The notes under the pieces are model-generated. The model made no database searches. It had not been told where the DNA came from and was given only the letters and a program-made list of their open reading frames with translations. From positions 84,444,001 to 84,508,000 of the forward strand of contig NC_059428.1 of assembly GCF_021028975.2 (NCBI RefSeq): a DNA stretch of 64,000 nucleotides. Direction: 5' to 3'. The position numbers and the translations under genes were made by a program. Shown here one piece after another: positions 12,987 to 27,898 of the stretch. The first letter of the stretch is position 1; every line of letters starts with the position of its first letter. The DNA is from Sphaerodactylus townsendi. Its lineage: Eukaryota.

Positions 12987-13597
12987 CTGCAATAAACAAA
13001 GATGGCACGTGATGAGGGTGACTTTCATGAAACACAACTTTGCAAAGCTGTTAGCAATAAACTGAGAATAAGCTTAAGTTTCCAGCTTGCACAAGAAACC
13101 TTTTATAGTGACCGTACTCAGGATATCCACTTAGCACTTCCTCTTCTCCCAACAATTTTTAAATATCTATTTCTGGGGACACACTCCTTCCTTCCAGTTA
13201 GGTAATAACTCTAATCTGTAGAGTCCGTCTTCTAATGTTCAGAAGTGATTTCAAGGCAATTAAATTGTTAACATGACATTCACTGGATGCTGTAATGAAA
13301 GCAGCCTAGGCTAAAAGAGCTCTCACATAGCTTTCTAAGGTGGTTGATAATGCCAACTTCAGGTGATGTCAGGTCTATCCACCAAGGCAATGGTGACACA
13401 TCTGTAATAGAAATGTCAGTTAAGTGTATAATTGTCAGAAAAACCCAAAGTCGCTCTCCAACATTCTGGTACAACCTGCACTTACTGTGCTTTGCTTTTT
13501 AATGGCTGGGTAGGTAACAGCTAGCTTCGGTTTGCTTTTTACAGACTATGGGTTACATAAATTAACTACTTGGAAGAGACTGAAATCCAACACTCAC

Positions 13598-13693
13598 TTC
13601 TTCAGCCATTTGCAGAAGAGCTTTGTTGTTGTTTTCCCATTTTGTACGCCAAACTATTGTCTCTTTTTCCAGTTTTTTAATCTTCTTGGTCAT
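13598..13693 (-). CDS. TXLNG: gamma-taxilin exon 9
   Basis: MTKKIKKLEKETIVWRTKWENNNKALLQMAEE; GAA|GTGAGT donor; 96 nt. Confidence 0.96.
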
Positions 13694-16600
13694 CTAAAAT
13701 TAAATGTAATACTTATGTTAAACAATGGTGCTTTTTCAACCTGGCCTGAAAACAAACACTTCTCTCCTTCTAACTCAACCAGTGCATTATTTCTCAGTTC
13801 CAAAGACTGCAGTCATAAAAGTCTGTTGCGGCATAAATCAACAGCAAACACAGCAAGGTCAAGGATCAGTGGAATGCAGGAAGTAGAGGCTGAAATGATG
13901 TAGTGATGTAAACCTCAAAATCTAATCATGGGGGAAAAAATCAACATTCACTAGTTATGCTATGCTAGAAATCACCAGTAATTAGAGAGGAGTCTCAGGT
14001 TTTATTAGAGTAGCTAACACTTAAAATGAGATAGAAATCTCAAATTCCTGCTCAACCCAGAGCAGAGAAGAGTATGATACCTAATGAAAGTCAATTCAGC
14101 ACTTTCTTCTTTATTAGCTATGAGGGATGGGAATTTGAGGTAACCTTAGGGTCAAAATAATACTTTTAACCTAGCAATATAGTCACTCACATAAACCACT
14201 GAGCCAAGCTAAAATCTCTTACTTCTTTAGGGCTGTTCAATACCATTTTTAATTCAAAGAGATCCAAATATATATATTCAAAGAGATCCAAATAATATAT
14301 AGAAAATCCTCAAAAATTCAGCAGCCAATTGATACAACACTCCTTAGAAAAGAAACAACAAAACCCACTCACAAAATCTTCACCTGGTTCTGATGCATCA
14401 AGCTTTCACTGGGACTGTACTTCTGCATCACTAAGCACATCTGATTGCTGTGATGTCATACTGGATTTTTACACAGAATGGTTTTGTCATGGTGTGCAGG
14501 CCAAAGGAACCAGAGAACAACCTCACTTACAACATAATATCAACTGTGTAAACTGCGATGAAACCAAGACTCAAGAAAAAATCTGACATAATCAAAACGT
14601 CTGACAAAGGACCAGCAGCTGTCATCATGAAGGAGGCCGAGACAACTTTCCCATGCCATACTTTTCAAGGCAATATCCTTAGACCCATAAAAATACTAGG
14701 AAGCATTAAGTAAAATAATGAAGGAATCACCCAAATGCATATAAAAACAAATCTGGACACAAGCCAGGAGGTTTTTATGCTTTACCTAACAGACGCTCGA
14801 CTGGCAAACCCAAATGTCCTATTATTATTGGCACAATCACTCTAGGAAGACATGGCTGGATAGACTCATTCATCATGTTCCGTGCCATCCATTCCCCAGA
14901 GAGTCAGATATAGAATTGAGGAGCACTCTTCCAATGAATGCCATCTTGGCCACTACAGACAGTGAGCTGCTGTATATCAATGCCTCTCACAACGACAAAT
15001 GAAATGCCAGCAGGAATATTATGCCTAATGAAATTACAACATATCCTGATACTACATTTTGTCACTAAGTTTCCATAAGTTAATTTAGATTTAAAAACAG
15101 CTTGCACCTTACAGTTAACGGCACAGCCATCAGTACCAGCACTGACCCCAAAGTACGTGGAAATATTAATGACTGTCAGCAGCGCTTCCTCGGCTCCTAC
15201 ATGAGAACACGTTTCCTGTACATGAGATTTCTCAGAAATGTTTTTTCTTTTGGATACTTGGAAGGAAACATGAAAGATTCCACAAGGACTTCAGTTTTTT
15301 CCATCCCATCATCATTTTTAGCCTGGACCAGTGCACACAACAGGTTCTTTTTCTGAGCAACCCCAGTGTATGCAGCACCATTAACTGCTATATATCTACA
15401 TACTTTCAGAAACCACACTAAACACAGCACAACATTACCTACTGTAGGGGTTTGCAACCTATGATTCTAGAGCTGAATATGTCTTAGTACACAACCAAAT
15501 ATGTTTTTTTAACATGTCAATTATCAGTAATGAATATTTTCAGTTATACAGATGGACTCCTACTGAATCTGATGATTACACCAAAATTCAGAGCAAGTAG
15601 TTTAGTTCTTCAGCTATAAAAAGCTGCTGACTGCTGTGGCGTGCACTATGTTGCATCTGGATTTGCATCAGTGCCTTAGACAGGGACTCACACATGGAAT
15701 ATTTACAGTCATTCCTAAGAGTAAAGTAGAGATTCAAATGATGTAATGAAACAGACCAATAAACCTAAACGAGTGCCTAGAAATACCTATTACAAGACAG
15801 GGGCAAAAGACTGGCTGTCACTGCCAGCAGCTTCCAGCTCAAATCAGTCCAACTTATCAATGATTAGAAGTCTATGACCATGCCAGTTTGCAATAAGAAA
15901 ATCACTTAAAACAAGCCGTATTACATAAACAGCACCAGAAACCTCACAGGACAGGGATCAAGTCAGGCACAGTCCTTTCCCCCAGACAAATGTTCCCTCA
16001 GGTTCTCAGGCACAGAAGTAGACAAGGCTAATGCAGCTGGTCCTTCACAATCCAGGCTGGAACTCCCTTGCCCCCTTTCGGGCAAAGAATAATTATAATG
16101 CCTCAGGCACAGAGAAGGGTGGTGCTGAGCCTTTTTTTTTTTTTACAGCTGCCTCAATCCAAAAGCAAACTCTAAAAACCAGGAACATAATCTATGCAAT
16201 ATCTTTATCAGGAACAATCCATTACAGGACCTGAAATCATCAGACAAACCATCCTTGAATGTGATGAGTGCTGTCGTAAGGCAACAATTGTATTTTTTCT
16301 CTACACTGGACAAAGAGGTCAGTCACTACTCAGAAGAACAAACAGACAAAAAATTGACATTAACAGCCTTATTTGGGGGGGAGCGGTTTCAGAAGTTGGT
16401 GATTCTGGGATTTATTATTTCTACTTCCCTGTCTCCAACATTTAACAGATATTAATTATTTTAGCAAAACCTGGAATGATTCCCTAATAATTACATGTTT
16501 ACCATAACTAATCTATGGCTTCTTTTAAAAATGATTTTAATTTAACCTAGCTATATTTATTTATAGCTTTTGTTTCTGACAAAGACTCAAGATAGATTAT

Positions 16601-17235
16601 AGAAGATAACACAATGCAATGATACAGCATAAGACAACCAACAAACAGGGCAATTGGACTAGAACTGTAGAATTAGTAGGCAATACGAACTATGACTGCC
16701 TAAAAAAGCTGCAGTGGAATCACACAGATAGAAGACACTGTAGAAAATGCAAGACAATACCTACTCCACTGTAACAACAGAGCTTTCCTGGATTGCCACT
16801 TCCTATGTCTTAACCCGTTTATGAAAACACCTCTCTGATTGTTTCCGTTCTGCACATTCTGCAGAATGAGAGAAGTGTGGGAGCATGACATGACTCTGGT
16901 GTTTGGCATTATTCTTTCTAGGGGCAGTGCAAATCACATCACAGTGAAAATTTACCCACTGCATTTGAACAAACAGGTTCTAGCCCACAAAACTTATGCT
17001 GGAGTAAAATGTCAGTCTTAAGGTGCTACAGCATTTTTATTTTTAGCTTAATCCTCAAATCACTGCAATCCATTGTTCAAGACTGCTAAAAAACAGCGAA
17101 AGAATATTAACTTTTCCTGACACTTCCAAGCAAGACATCAATAATTTCTTCCAACAGAAATGGATATATTATATCAGGTTCTTTGATACTTATGCAAAAT
17201 TTAACAGACAACTACTATCAGGTAATGTATGATTC

Positions 17236-17322
17236 TTCAGTTTTGTATCTCTGTATCTCTGTACAGTTTTGTATCTCTGTATCTTCAGTTTTGTATCTCT
17301 GTACAGTTTTGTATCACTGTAC
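17236..17322. repeat. compound minisatellite built on CAGTTTTGTATCTCTGTA
   Basis: Four CAGTTTTGTATC(T/A)CTGTA units with variable short spacers. Confidence 0.9.
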
Positions 17323-17355
17323 ATTGGTGGAAAGAGGAAAATAAACAGGCTATCA

Positions 17356-17457
<102 letters not shown>

Positions 17458-18611
17458 CTAAAGGGAAAAAATAGTTAAGTCCTATATGATTATATCCAAA
17501 CTCTGCAGCTTAATCACTTATGTGTTTTCAACACCACCTTAAAAATTAATACATGATCTTTCTCAATGTCAAGTTTAAGCAAATAATTCATTTCTCCAGC
17601 TCTTATTCAAGAAGTGATGAATACCAATACATGAAACAAGGTTGAAAGCATGACATCTTGCATTGTGAAATTTCTCTCAAAAGGGATAAATATGGTAGAG
17701 GGGAAAGTATTGATGGAACACAAAATACTAGTGAATAAAAAAATCATAAGTGGCAGGGCTGCGAAAGAAGCCATTCCAATAGACACTCACTGACTTTAGA
17801 CTCATTTTCAAACTTTTCAGCAAAATCCTCAGGATAAATCATACTGCCCCCAGATTCAGTGCTAGAAAACCAGACTGTATGACAGATGGCATTGATGAAC
17901 CAATACCAATCAAGATCCCCCACCTTCACATTACAGGTGTGATATCTGCAAGAACTAAGTAAATGAGGTAATTATGGTCTGCAGAATAAGGCACCAGCTT
18001 CCCTTTCTATGAAGCAAGAGGCAGGACCTATGAAAATGATGGCAAATAATTTACCATTTTAAACAAAAACAATATTTTAGTAATAGTAACAGGAATTCAA
18101 TTTAAGTAAAGCAAACTGAATATTAAAGGCTGATGCACAATACCAGATTTGCCACAATATGAAGATTTTGCTGCCTTGCAACAGAGATTTTATGCGGAAT
18201 TCGTGAACAGGATCAAACATTTGGAAAACATGAGTTTGGCAACTTGTTTAGCATGACCCAGCAGACAAACCAGGAATGTAAGTTGAGAATGGGTTTCAGA
18301 AGTCTCAGTGCCTCAATTAAAAAGCCACCTGGCAAAGAATTACATATATCTGTCACAAATACCAGATTTGAGTGACACAGAATACAGTCAACACGAACAC
18401 AATGAGACACCAGCAAACATGGTAATATACTTAAATCTAAATTGCACAATGATCTCTAACACATTGTTTTATTTGCATATTTTAAATCTGAGTTTCAGAA
18501 AGGATTCCTAATGGCAATTAAAAATCACTTAGACAATCAACATGCCAGTAACAGAGTCATTAACATCTAACACCTAATGCAGCTAACATGAACAGGCAGA
18601 CTTTAGTTTAC

Positions 18612-18686
18612 CTGCTGTTTCAATTGGGCTTCTTGTTGCTTCATCTGTTCACATTTGTGTCTGGACTCAGTAGCTTCCTTTAAAAA
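18612..18686 (-). CDS. TXLNG: gamma-taxilin exon 7
   Basis: FLKEATESRHKCEQMKQQEAQLKQQ; 75 nt, AG/GT bounded (not in the ORF track). Confidence 0.95.
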
Positions 18687-19948
18687 CTGAAGAAAAAATA
18701 TACTGTTTCCTCTCTATAATATTCGTTGGAATATCTAACAGTTTCTTATTCTGACTACTATGTAAAAACAAGTTTATTTTGAAGTTATCTATTACCACAT
18801 TAGCCACTTTCCAGTTTTTAAAATTAATATGAAAGAGTTATATATTGAACAGACATGGTCTCTTCATTCTACAAGTTTACCTGAAGTATGCTGGTACAAA
18901 AAAAAAATACAAGTCAAACCTTTACAAATGTATGCCATGATGTTCAGGGGATGTTATATTAATTTGTTCTGACAACTCTCAGGTTTTTCACTTAGCACAC
19001 GCTAGACTGATTTTACTTAACAGAACAACTTCAGGAAGAGATACTGCAGTCTAAGCTTACTGATTTCAGTTGTCTTAAACTGAAATAACTTGCATAGGAT
19101 TATACTGCAAGTTAGTGGAAACATCTGTTTTGAGTCTACATACTTTGGGGCTACCACAGTATTTGAAACTGTTTTTTTTTATTTTACAGAAATACTGTCT
19201 TTCACTTAAAATGACCCATTTCTGCTTATGTAACTATGTTGTACTTTCAGCAATGAGAGAATCTTCATGTAGATATTTTAAAATTCATAACATATTCTTC
19301 AATAAAAATGCACAAGAAACAGTACATTTCACATCTTCACAGTCAGAAATTTAATGGGTATCCATGCCATCAAGATTTAGCAACCCTATATGTGAATCGG
19401 CAGCTAGAAAACAAGTGGAGCTCAGTTGGAATGGAGGTTCGCTGTCTTCTTTTTCAGGATACAGTCACCTTTATTAGCTCCTGCTCACGCCCCCCCCCCC
19501 CCAAGCTTCTAAGGGATGTGGTATAGAAGAATTCAGCAGGCATCCTCCTCCTATGTTGTTGCATGAGCAGCACCATATCCCGCATGGCTCTCAACCTCTC
19601 AGAAACTGGCTTATGGAAGGAAAAAGAGGCTGAAGCAACAATAGAAAGATAGGGAGGAATGGCGCTATACAACGTGGCTTGGGTCCAGACTAGCATTTCT
19701 GGGGATGCAAGTCCACAGAGCATGTTTTGCCAAAATGCCCCCGCCCAAAATCCCGTTTTGGCAAGCAAGGAGAGGCATTTGATGGGAACATCTAGTTTTT
19801 ATCCAAGTCAGTGGGCATAAATACTAACCAGAAATATTCCAATAAAGCAATCTCCAAATTGTGTTAGAATAACTGCTTAGGGTCTACAATGTGTTTTTGT
19901 TTCAAGGGAAGTTTTTTGTCCCCGAGTCTTTGGGCAATATGCTGCTCA

Positions 19949-20182
<234 letters not shown>

Positions 20183-21299
20183 TTAGACATGGCAAAAACC
20201 TAACCAGGAAGAGAACTCCATCATAGCAGAGGTATTCTCATTTTACTGAGTATTATAAGAGCTGACATCGATTTAGAATATAGACTGAAATGTTAAATCC
20301 TGATTTTACTGAAGGAAAGTACTTATAAAGAAATTAACACTGCAATCTTATGCAAAGTTAATCCAATCAGAGACAGTTATTCCAACAGCGCTTGAAGATG
20401 GCCTTTTTTAAAAATGGAGTTCTAGTCAATGTTCAGAGACAGCATTTAAGACATTAAAGCAGCAACAGCTGAGGCAGATATAGAACTGAAAACTAGAAGA
20501 TCAGTAGTAAAACATAGTTGGCAATATTAGATAAAGCTAATGGATGACACAAGCAGACACACTGGTTCTTCTGTTCTAATCCGCCTAACATTCTACAAAG
20601 GATGCAGACAAAAAGCAGAGTATGAATTCCCCTCCCACTTTAAGATATCTTCTCCCATAAGAGGCTCATGTGTGTGTTACATGTTGTCTTCCAAAATCTC
20701 CTATAGTTAACAGACTGAGGGCTGTGACTTCCCTTATTGAGTCTATCCATCTCAGAAAAGCTCACACTGCTGTTTTTTGGCTGGTTCTATTTAAAAGGTA
20801 TTATGGGGCTTTTGAAACAGGATAAAATCTTAAGCCAATGCTAAAATCCACAGAAGGTGAAAAGCTAGTTGGAAAAGACCACATGCAATGCAGTACACCC
20901 TGCTGAATCAGTATTTGCAAGAAGCAGAGCATGCAAGTAATGCTTCTACAAAGTATGCAGTAACCCCTAGATTGAGGTAAGCACAATTTTCTTCTATGAA
21001 TTGGTAAGTCACACTTACACTCTGCATCCTACTTGCTAAGATCAGATTCCTAATTCACAGCCAAGAAGCTACTGAATAAGGTTTGCAATTTAAGAGTAAA
21101 GATGTTTAGGCGAGATAACCAAAAATGGTGATGTCCCAAAATGAAATGCTAAATGTTATTAGAAATGGACTGCAAAATTGTAAAAATACAACCCAACCAT
21201 TTTATATTAAAGACGAAGAAAGGAAGTATAACTCATTTATAAACAGCCGCACATACCTAGATTTTTTATTCTGCTCTTCCCCAAAACCTCATGGGGGAA

Positions 21300-21830
21300 T
21301 ATGTGATCAAAGGAGCTTAAATATGCATTAAGCTCCAATTTGAAAAAGAACTTTAATAAAATTCTGTCTTGTTGGTATACGGCACCAGAAACACTGGCAA
21401 GGATGTATAGAAATGTTTTGAAGTGTTGGAAATGTGAAATCAAGAAGGGAGTTTTTATCAGTTATGATGGACTTGTGGGAATGCTAAGGGATTTGGACAT
21501 CGAAACACACAATAATTCAAAAAAATTTAAAGACAAATATACAAATGAAACCTGAGGCCTATCTGCTGGGAATTATGGATAGAGCTCTGGAAGGAAAATA
21601 AGGAACTTACATATGACAGCAGCAACAACATTAAATGTGCAGAAATGGAAAACTTAAGCTATACCTACAATTGAAGAATGGCAGTTAAAGGTTATTATAG
21701 TTGGTAATTACGTTTATGGACAATTGGAAACCCTTGATAGCATATTTAAATGAAACAGAAAAAAATAAATTGATGATTAATGACTTTCTAGATTAAGGTT
21801 TGTTAAAATAAGAACCAATAGAAAAAAGTG
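21300..21830 (+). mobile_element. L1/Tx1-clade LINE ORF2 C-terminal (Cys/His) fragment
   Basis: KNFNKILSCWYTAPETLARMYRNVLKCWKC..G.F...WTC, resembling the L1-clade C-terminal zinc-knuckle region. Confidence 0.7.
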
Positions 21831-23570
21831 AGACTTTTATCAATAATGATGCTAAAGATCTAACTATATCTAAGTGGTTAATGATCAAGTGCTAAAAATT
21901 ATTTCAGAATTAATATTTGGTGCAGAAGAAACTGGGAGTCCTAATGGAATAAGTTCTTGTAATTTGTGCGTGTGTGTACTTTGTGTGTTTCTTTGGTGTT
22001 GGAAAGATTTTGAAATATGAACAACATTTTTAAACCCAAAGAATCTCAGGGCAGCACACAGGGTTCTCTCTACTCCAAATAACCTCAGAAATACTCAGTG
22101 TAATAGTTAAGGCTAGGAATATAAGACCGAGTGAACTTCGTGGCAAAGTCTCCAGTGTCACAGCCCAACTATAAGCACTACACTACACAGACTGTTTTAA
22201 GGTTAAAAATACATTTTAAAAGCCTATCTAGGTAGAAATCTAGAATGCCTTTCCGTTTTGTTGTTGCAGGCTGTAAACAGACTATTCGCTATATTAATGG
22301 CTGAATATAGTGGACTAAGGCAGCAGTTACTAACTTTTTTAGTATGGTGATCCACCTGTCCACATTTGTTTGGAATGGTGACTGTGGAGAAAGTGTCTGC
22401 ATTAGCTTAACTGAAGTCATCTTGGTTGTAAGTTCTTATGAAGTGGTTCTCAAAATAATTGCCTATCTTTGGCTTCCCCCCAGCTTTTCCAACCTGATAC
22501 CAAGTAGCGGTTAATTGAAGGTCACAGCCCAGCAGCATGAAGTTTTCCTAACAGTTGAAACTTCAATAAACCCTCAAGTCCGGCACCTGATAACAATGAT
22601 GAATCACACCAACTGTCTTTGCTAATTGCAGTAACCCTTGATTGGTTTGCTTAGATCACCTGACATGTAACATCTCTATAATTGTCTTTTCAATTTCAAT
22701 TCAACTTTTTTCCCGCCTGTTGCTGCAGACATCATAATCATGTCACCTTTTGCTGGCTAGAGCTTTTTGAATATATTTCCTGCTTGCTTTTGGACTTAAC
22801 AGCTATGCTACCATATGCTTACCAGCTACGCTACATAAAAGATATGTTTTATGCTTTGATTTTATTTGGTTCAATTTTGATGTTGCTAGCTCTTATACAA
22901 CTGATTATATGTACTTTATGCAAGTGTTCTATAGTTTGTTGAATGCAAGCTGAGTTCAATAAACTTAAAAAATTGTTTTAAAAGACCTTTTTGCCTCTGA
23001 GATGTGTGCTTTCAAAATCCTGACCCACGTTGAAGTGAGACTAGTCAGCTCTTCCTCTATAGTGACCCATCAGGGGCTAGCACAGTTTTTTTGGAATCCC
23101 AGCAAAGCTATGACCTTGGCACTCATCTAGTTCAGCACTCCATTTTCTACAATGACAAAGCAGGCCTTTCTGAGAAACCACCTCACAAAAGGGGGATGTG
23201 CCCTCACTGTGAACCACTAGCAAGTGGCATTCTGAAATACACAGCCTTTGCATATTGCTCTGATCTCCCTCTTCCTTACTTCCTCTAAACACACGTTAGT
23301 AACCCTCAGGATACATTTTACTTGATCAACATGTATATGCAGAGAAGAAAAAACACCAACTAATATATGTATTACTACTCAATATATGTATTACCACTCA
23401 AATACTATTTCCACGGTCAGATCTTGATTTCTAAAATACAGGGGTCATGGAAAGAGCAGGGGTGCCATTAGACAGGGCTGGTCCATGACCCACTTTCAAA
23501 GGCTTTGAAACACACTTTTGGCTCTGATCCACAGGTTGGGAAAGACTGGGCTAAGGCCCAGACAACTTAC

Positions 23571-23765
23571 TTCTTCTCGCAGTGCATACTGTTCGACAAG
23601 TTTCTTCAATTTCTCTCCCAACTCAATATTTTCTTGGCGCAGCTTTGCATTATGTATGCCATGCTGTTCCAGCTGAGCCTGAATTTCATTCAGCGTGATC
23701 TGGAAATGTGCAGTTGCTTCTTTGCGTCTCTCCTCCTCTTCCCGAGCTTGCTGCATGTTTTCTTC
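23571..23765 (-). CDS. TXLNG: gamma-taxilin exon 5
   Basis: EENMQQAREEEERRKEATAHFQITLNEIQ...YALREE; GAA|GTAAGT donor; 195 nt. Confidence 0.97.
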
Positions 23766-24128
23766 CTTTTATCCAAAGAGATTCAACAACATGCTTTCAC
23801 CAACATGGTCTTTTCAAATAAATTTTATACATGTACAGTTGACCCAGGCTACTGTCATCTTAATGGTCAGCTTAGAGCTATATTGGTTTCAATATTCCCA
23901 TGAGCACCCAATTCCCAGATACTGTACACTTTGCTTGTGCACACATGGCTTAGCTCTCAAGAGAAACACACATAAACTTTTGCTAGCATCATGTGAGGCA
24001 TGATTAGTATGCTGCTAACAGCAGTTTCTTAAAACAGAAATTGGGGTTATATGCTTGAACCAAGGTGGGGGAGCAGTTTGAACCCTTTTGGTACCCACTG
24101 CTGTCACCATTACTTCATTTGTAAAGCA

Positions 24129-24471
24129 GGCTCATTGATGTTCAAGGGTCACAGAAAAAAAATACTTGAGTGGCAGCAACTCTGTGGAACCGCTCCCTTT
24201 TGTCAATCTGAGGCTCATTCCGCACATGCAGAATAATGCACTTTCAAACTGCTTTCAGTGCTCTTTGAAGCTGTGCAGAATAGCAAAATCCACTTGCAAA
24301 CAGTTGTGAAAGTGGTTTGAAAACGCATTATTTTGTGTGTGCGGAAGGGGCCTTAGTCTGGTCAAAAGTAAGAGATGTGACTAGTCAGTGGCGCTCTTCA
24401 AAAGGGAGTGGTTCCACAGAGTTGCTCCCACTCAAGTATATTTTTTCTGTGACCCCTGCACATCAATAGCC
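24129..24471. mobile_element. outer MITE with about 74-bp inverted arms hosting the 24212 MITE
   Basis: 24143-24202 matches the reverse complement of 24399-24458 at 56/60; the match extends to 24129 and 24471. Confidence 0.75.
24212..24352. mobile_element. PIF/Harbinger-type MITE, 141 bp
   Basis: Imperfect TIRs GGCTCATTCCGCACA / TGTGCGGAAGGGGCC; 3-bp TGA/TTA flanks resembling a TWA TSD. Confidence 0.7.
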
Positions 24472-26143
24472 ACACAAGAAAGCCTGGAAAGTATTATAGT
24501 TGCCAGTCCAAGCTATCAGGGAGAGGACTACATCTTAGAATGGCAGATTTTCTATCTGTTGTGAGGTCAAGACTAACAGCTTGGTGTATGCTTTCTTCTT
24601 TCTCTGGTTGCATCATAGCAAGACAAAAAGCAAAGTAAGAAGAGCCCTTGGTATCTAACTTACCCTGCAAGTTAGCTTAGCAATGCAGTGACTGGCATCA
24701 GCACAGAATGCAGAGCTTAAGCTATTCTGTTGACAGGGTATGCCCCATATTGTCAAGGGAAGCTTCCCTCACATCCATCATATTAGTGAATACTTTTCAA
24801 AGTTAGAATAGCTGTAATGAAAAGGATGAGTACATGATGTCACCCATTTCTCTCAAGGGAACCCTAAAAAAGCACAAACTCATGCACATACATAGGCAAA
24901 CTGAAGCTGAGGTTTATATCTGCAGTTGGTACTTCCTGTCCTAAGGTTCAAACTACAAGATTATAAATAGTGTCATTATAAAAACACAGTTCCTACTATG
25001 GGAAAGAACTCTGGGCACAATCAGAGCCAAGCAGCAACTGAACAGACTGGTATAGTTTTGCACTGCAACCATTCAACCCAAAACCTTCCCTATGTTCTCT
25101 TCACCAACTCTTTGGTAATTCAAGGAAACAACTGCCCTTCTATTACCAGTTGCAGTTCCTTGTACCGAACATCATGGATGCAGCATTTCTGATTGCTACC
25201 TAGTCTATACCATCTTGTGTATTTGTTGGACACTTCCACACAAATGACTCTACTTCTGTGGTCCTGTGCAAACTGAATCCTTGTGACACGCAAGAACACA
25301 CTGCATTCAACACAGATGTATACCTGGACAAAATGTACTGGAACCAGTGATGAGCCAGTGGAAAGCACCTACTAATGTACAGCTTTCCTGCCTTTCCCTC
25401 CCCCCCCAAACTTCCTGAAAAGCTGATTCTAGAGGTCGTGACAGTTACATGGACAACATACAAATAACCTGGGGAGCTGGGGTAAAGAGGGAAGCCAAAT
25501 GAAATCTTCATCACATCACTCTTGTGCCAACCGAGTTTCTGGAGCCAACAGAAACAAATATAATGGAAACCTTCTCCTTACTAGAAACACCCACCTTCTG
25601 GGATCTGTGTGGCTGTACATCCACACATACCCTGCAAACTCAATCATCATCTTTTCAGAGGTCTCAGTGGGGTGCTGAGAAAAGTGGAAGGGAACAAAAG
25701 ATCTATGCTCAGGACCTTGCATTTCATTGGATACAATCCAATAAAAGTAACTGATGGCTAAGTAAGTGCATAAGAGACTCCTCCTCCCAAAAGTGCAATA
25801 ATTAGCTAAACTTCTTCCCCCTGCACTCCCATATAACATCAGGGCCCTCCCCCATGGAGCACAAAGGAATCATTAGGTAACTATGAGAGGATCAACAGTC
25901 TTCTTTATTATCAACTACTGTCAAGGAATGAATAAGTAATTCCAAGTTCCCTGTATTTTCATCTGTTTCCAGTTCTCTTCTGTTTCCCATTTAATGTGTT
26001 GTACAGATGAAACAATATAGTACATATGATAAATTCAAACAAAGAAAAAGTATGCAATTTTTAAATTTTTCTGTATTATATGTACTACGTTAAATTAAAT
26101 ACCAAATAGATTTTAAAAACCAGAAATGTACACAGCTATAAAC

Positions 26144-26424
26144 AAGGGGTTCCCAACATGGTCCTCGTGGGCATTGTGGCACCTTCTAGAAAATGGACAG
26201 GGCCATGTGGGGTTTTTGCTCAGAAAGGCATCTGATTGGGTCTGCAGATTTTTTTAAAAATGTTGCTTTGGCAGCAGCTGCCAGCACAGCACAAATGGAA
26301 GATAAGCTGCAGCAGCCATTACATGTTTGGCTTTACCTTCTGCAGCAGCCATTTTGTGGCTGCATCCACATACTGTAAGAGAATATCAAGATACCTGCAG
26401 GCTCAAAAAGGTTGGGAACTCCTG
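26144..26424. mobile_element. non-autonomous hAT element; relatives at about 37700-37905, 42365-42675 and 43680-43760
   Basis: TIRs AAGGGGTTCCCAAC / GTTGGGAACTCCTG; 7/8 TSD CTATAAAC / CTATAATC. Confidence 0.75.
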
Positions 26425-26453
26425 CTATAATCTTTCAAGAGTATTCAACATCA

Positions 26454-26636
<183 letters not shown>

Positions 26637-27806
26637 CTAAACAAGAGAAATAAAGAGAGGTTAAAAAGCAATTCTTTGGTATAGCACCTTAAACCCAACT
26701 GATATTCTGTAGTTAATCAGATTTATTAATTTTAAAGCTGCGCACTGACAACTGCAACCCACAGCGTAGGCTTTATTACTAGAACCTCACAGCTTCAACA
26801 TACTATCAAAATCTCATTCTATCATGTATCCAGCATATGACTAGTCATGATTAAGGAAGATTGTTCCTAAATCCTGCTACAAAGAGTAGTCAAGTATGAC
26901 ATTCATATCTTTATAACCACAAAGCTTGATTACTTTGCTGTTGGGGCTGCAGCTAAAGACTCTGTGGAAGCCATAAACTAGCATGGAACAAAGAAGCATA
27001 CCTAATTATGAGGCTTTGTTGCCAAAGGCATGGGTGGTCTAAACTGGCATCCTGTCTGTCTCTCCATCGAAATTCACAGTATTAGTTTCCCTGCACAAGC
27101 TTATGATTTAGATTCTATAAACTTATACAAGGACTTTTTCCTGCCTATGGTTCTATTAGTTATTAACAGCCATAACAAAAGGGTACACAGAGACATACTC
27201 TCTGATGCTTCTTTCTAACTTCAGAATTACCTTCTGTGAAGTGTTCCATATTCTAGTTTTTATGTCGCTATTATATGATCCCATGTGCATCAGGACAGGT
27301 TATGTTGTTTTCTATATATGAAGAGTTCTGAGCACATGTGGCAATTCTTCACTATACACGAAGTACACTTATCTGCCTATGAGGATATGTGTACAGTCAA
27401 CATTGCATTTGAATGTGGCTTGTGAATCATAGCTGTTCTCTGGATTTAAGCCTATTCCATCTGGGCCAAACAAATGTGAATATCATATTTATGCATATTT
27501 CAATTACACAACTAGAGACATTACAGTTATGCTTCCTGCTTCCCTCACTTTCATGTCATACCCAAATACAATGTTAATATACAATTGCAGCTTTATGAGT
27601 AGCAGCAGATCCAAAAGAATTAAAGCAAAAAAAGTGTAGCTTGATCTCTCACATGCTCAAATGTCTCTCACCAATTTGGTTAAATCTTCAGAGAAAATAC
27701 CTCATTCAACTTCTACTAATACAATTAACATCTGAAGCAGTGAAGCTTTAGTGCTACACATACACCTGTACAATTAAAAAATCTTGACAATTATTGTGGC
27801 ACATAC

Positions 27807-27898
27807 CAGATCAGCATATTTCTTGCAGAGTGCTGCCAATTTTTCTTCTGGACTGGCAAGAGTATTTAAAGCCTGCATCAGTAATAATACTTCTTTTC
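27807..27898 (-). CDS. TXLNG: gamma-taxilin exon 3
   Basis: (G)KEVLLLMQALNTLASPEEKLAALCKKYADL, start of the taxilin domain; 92 nt, AG/GT bounded. Confidence 0.96.

Noticed and set aside
15197-15457. 86-aa sense-strand ORF in TXLNG intron 8 as an alternative exon
   Set aside because: No convincing acceptor and donor pair or homology; the TXLNG CDS is complete without it
17236-17322. Repeat-spacer-like appearance (CRISPR)
   Set aside because: Eukaryotic intron; the units are adjacent with no unique spacers, so it is a minisatellite
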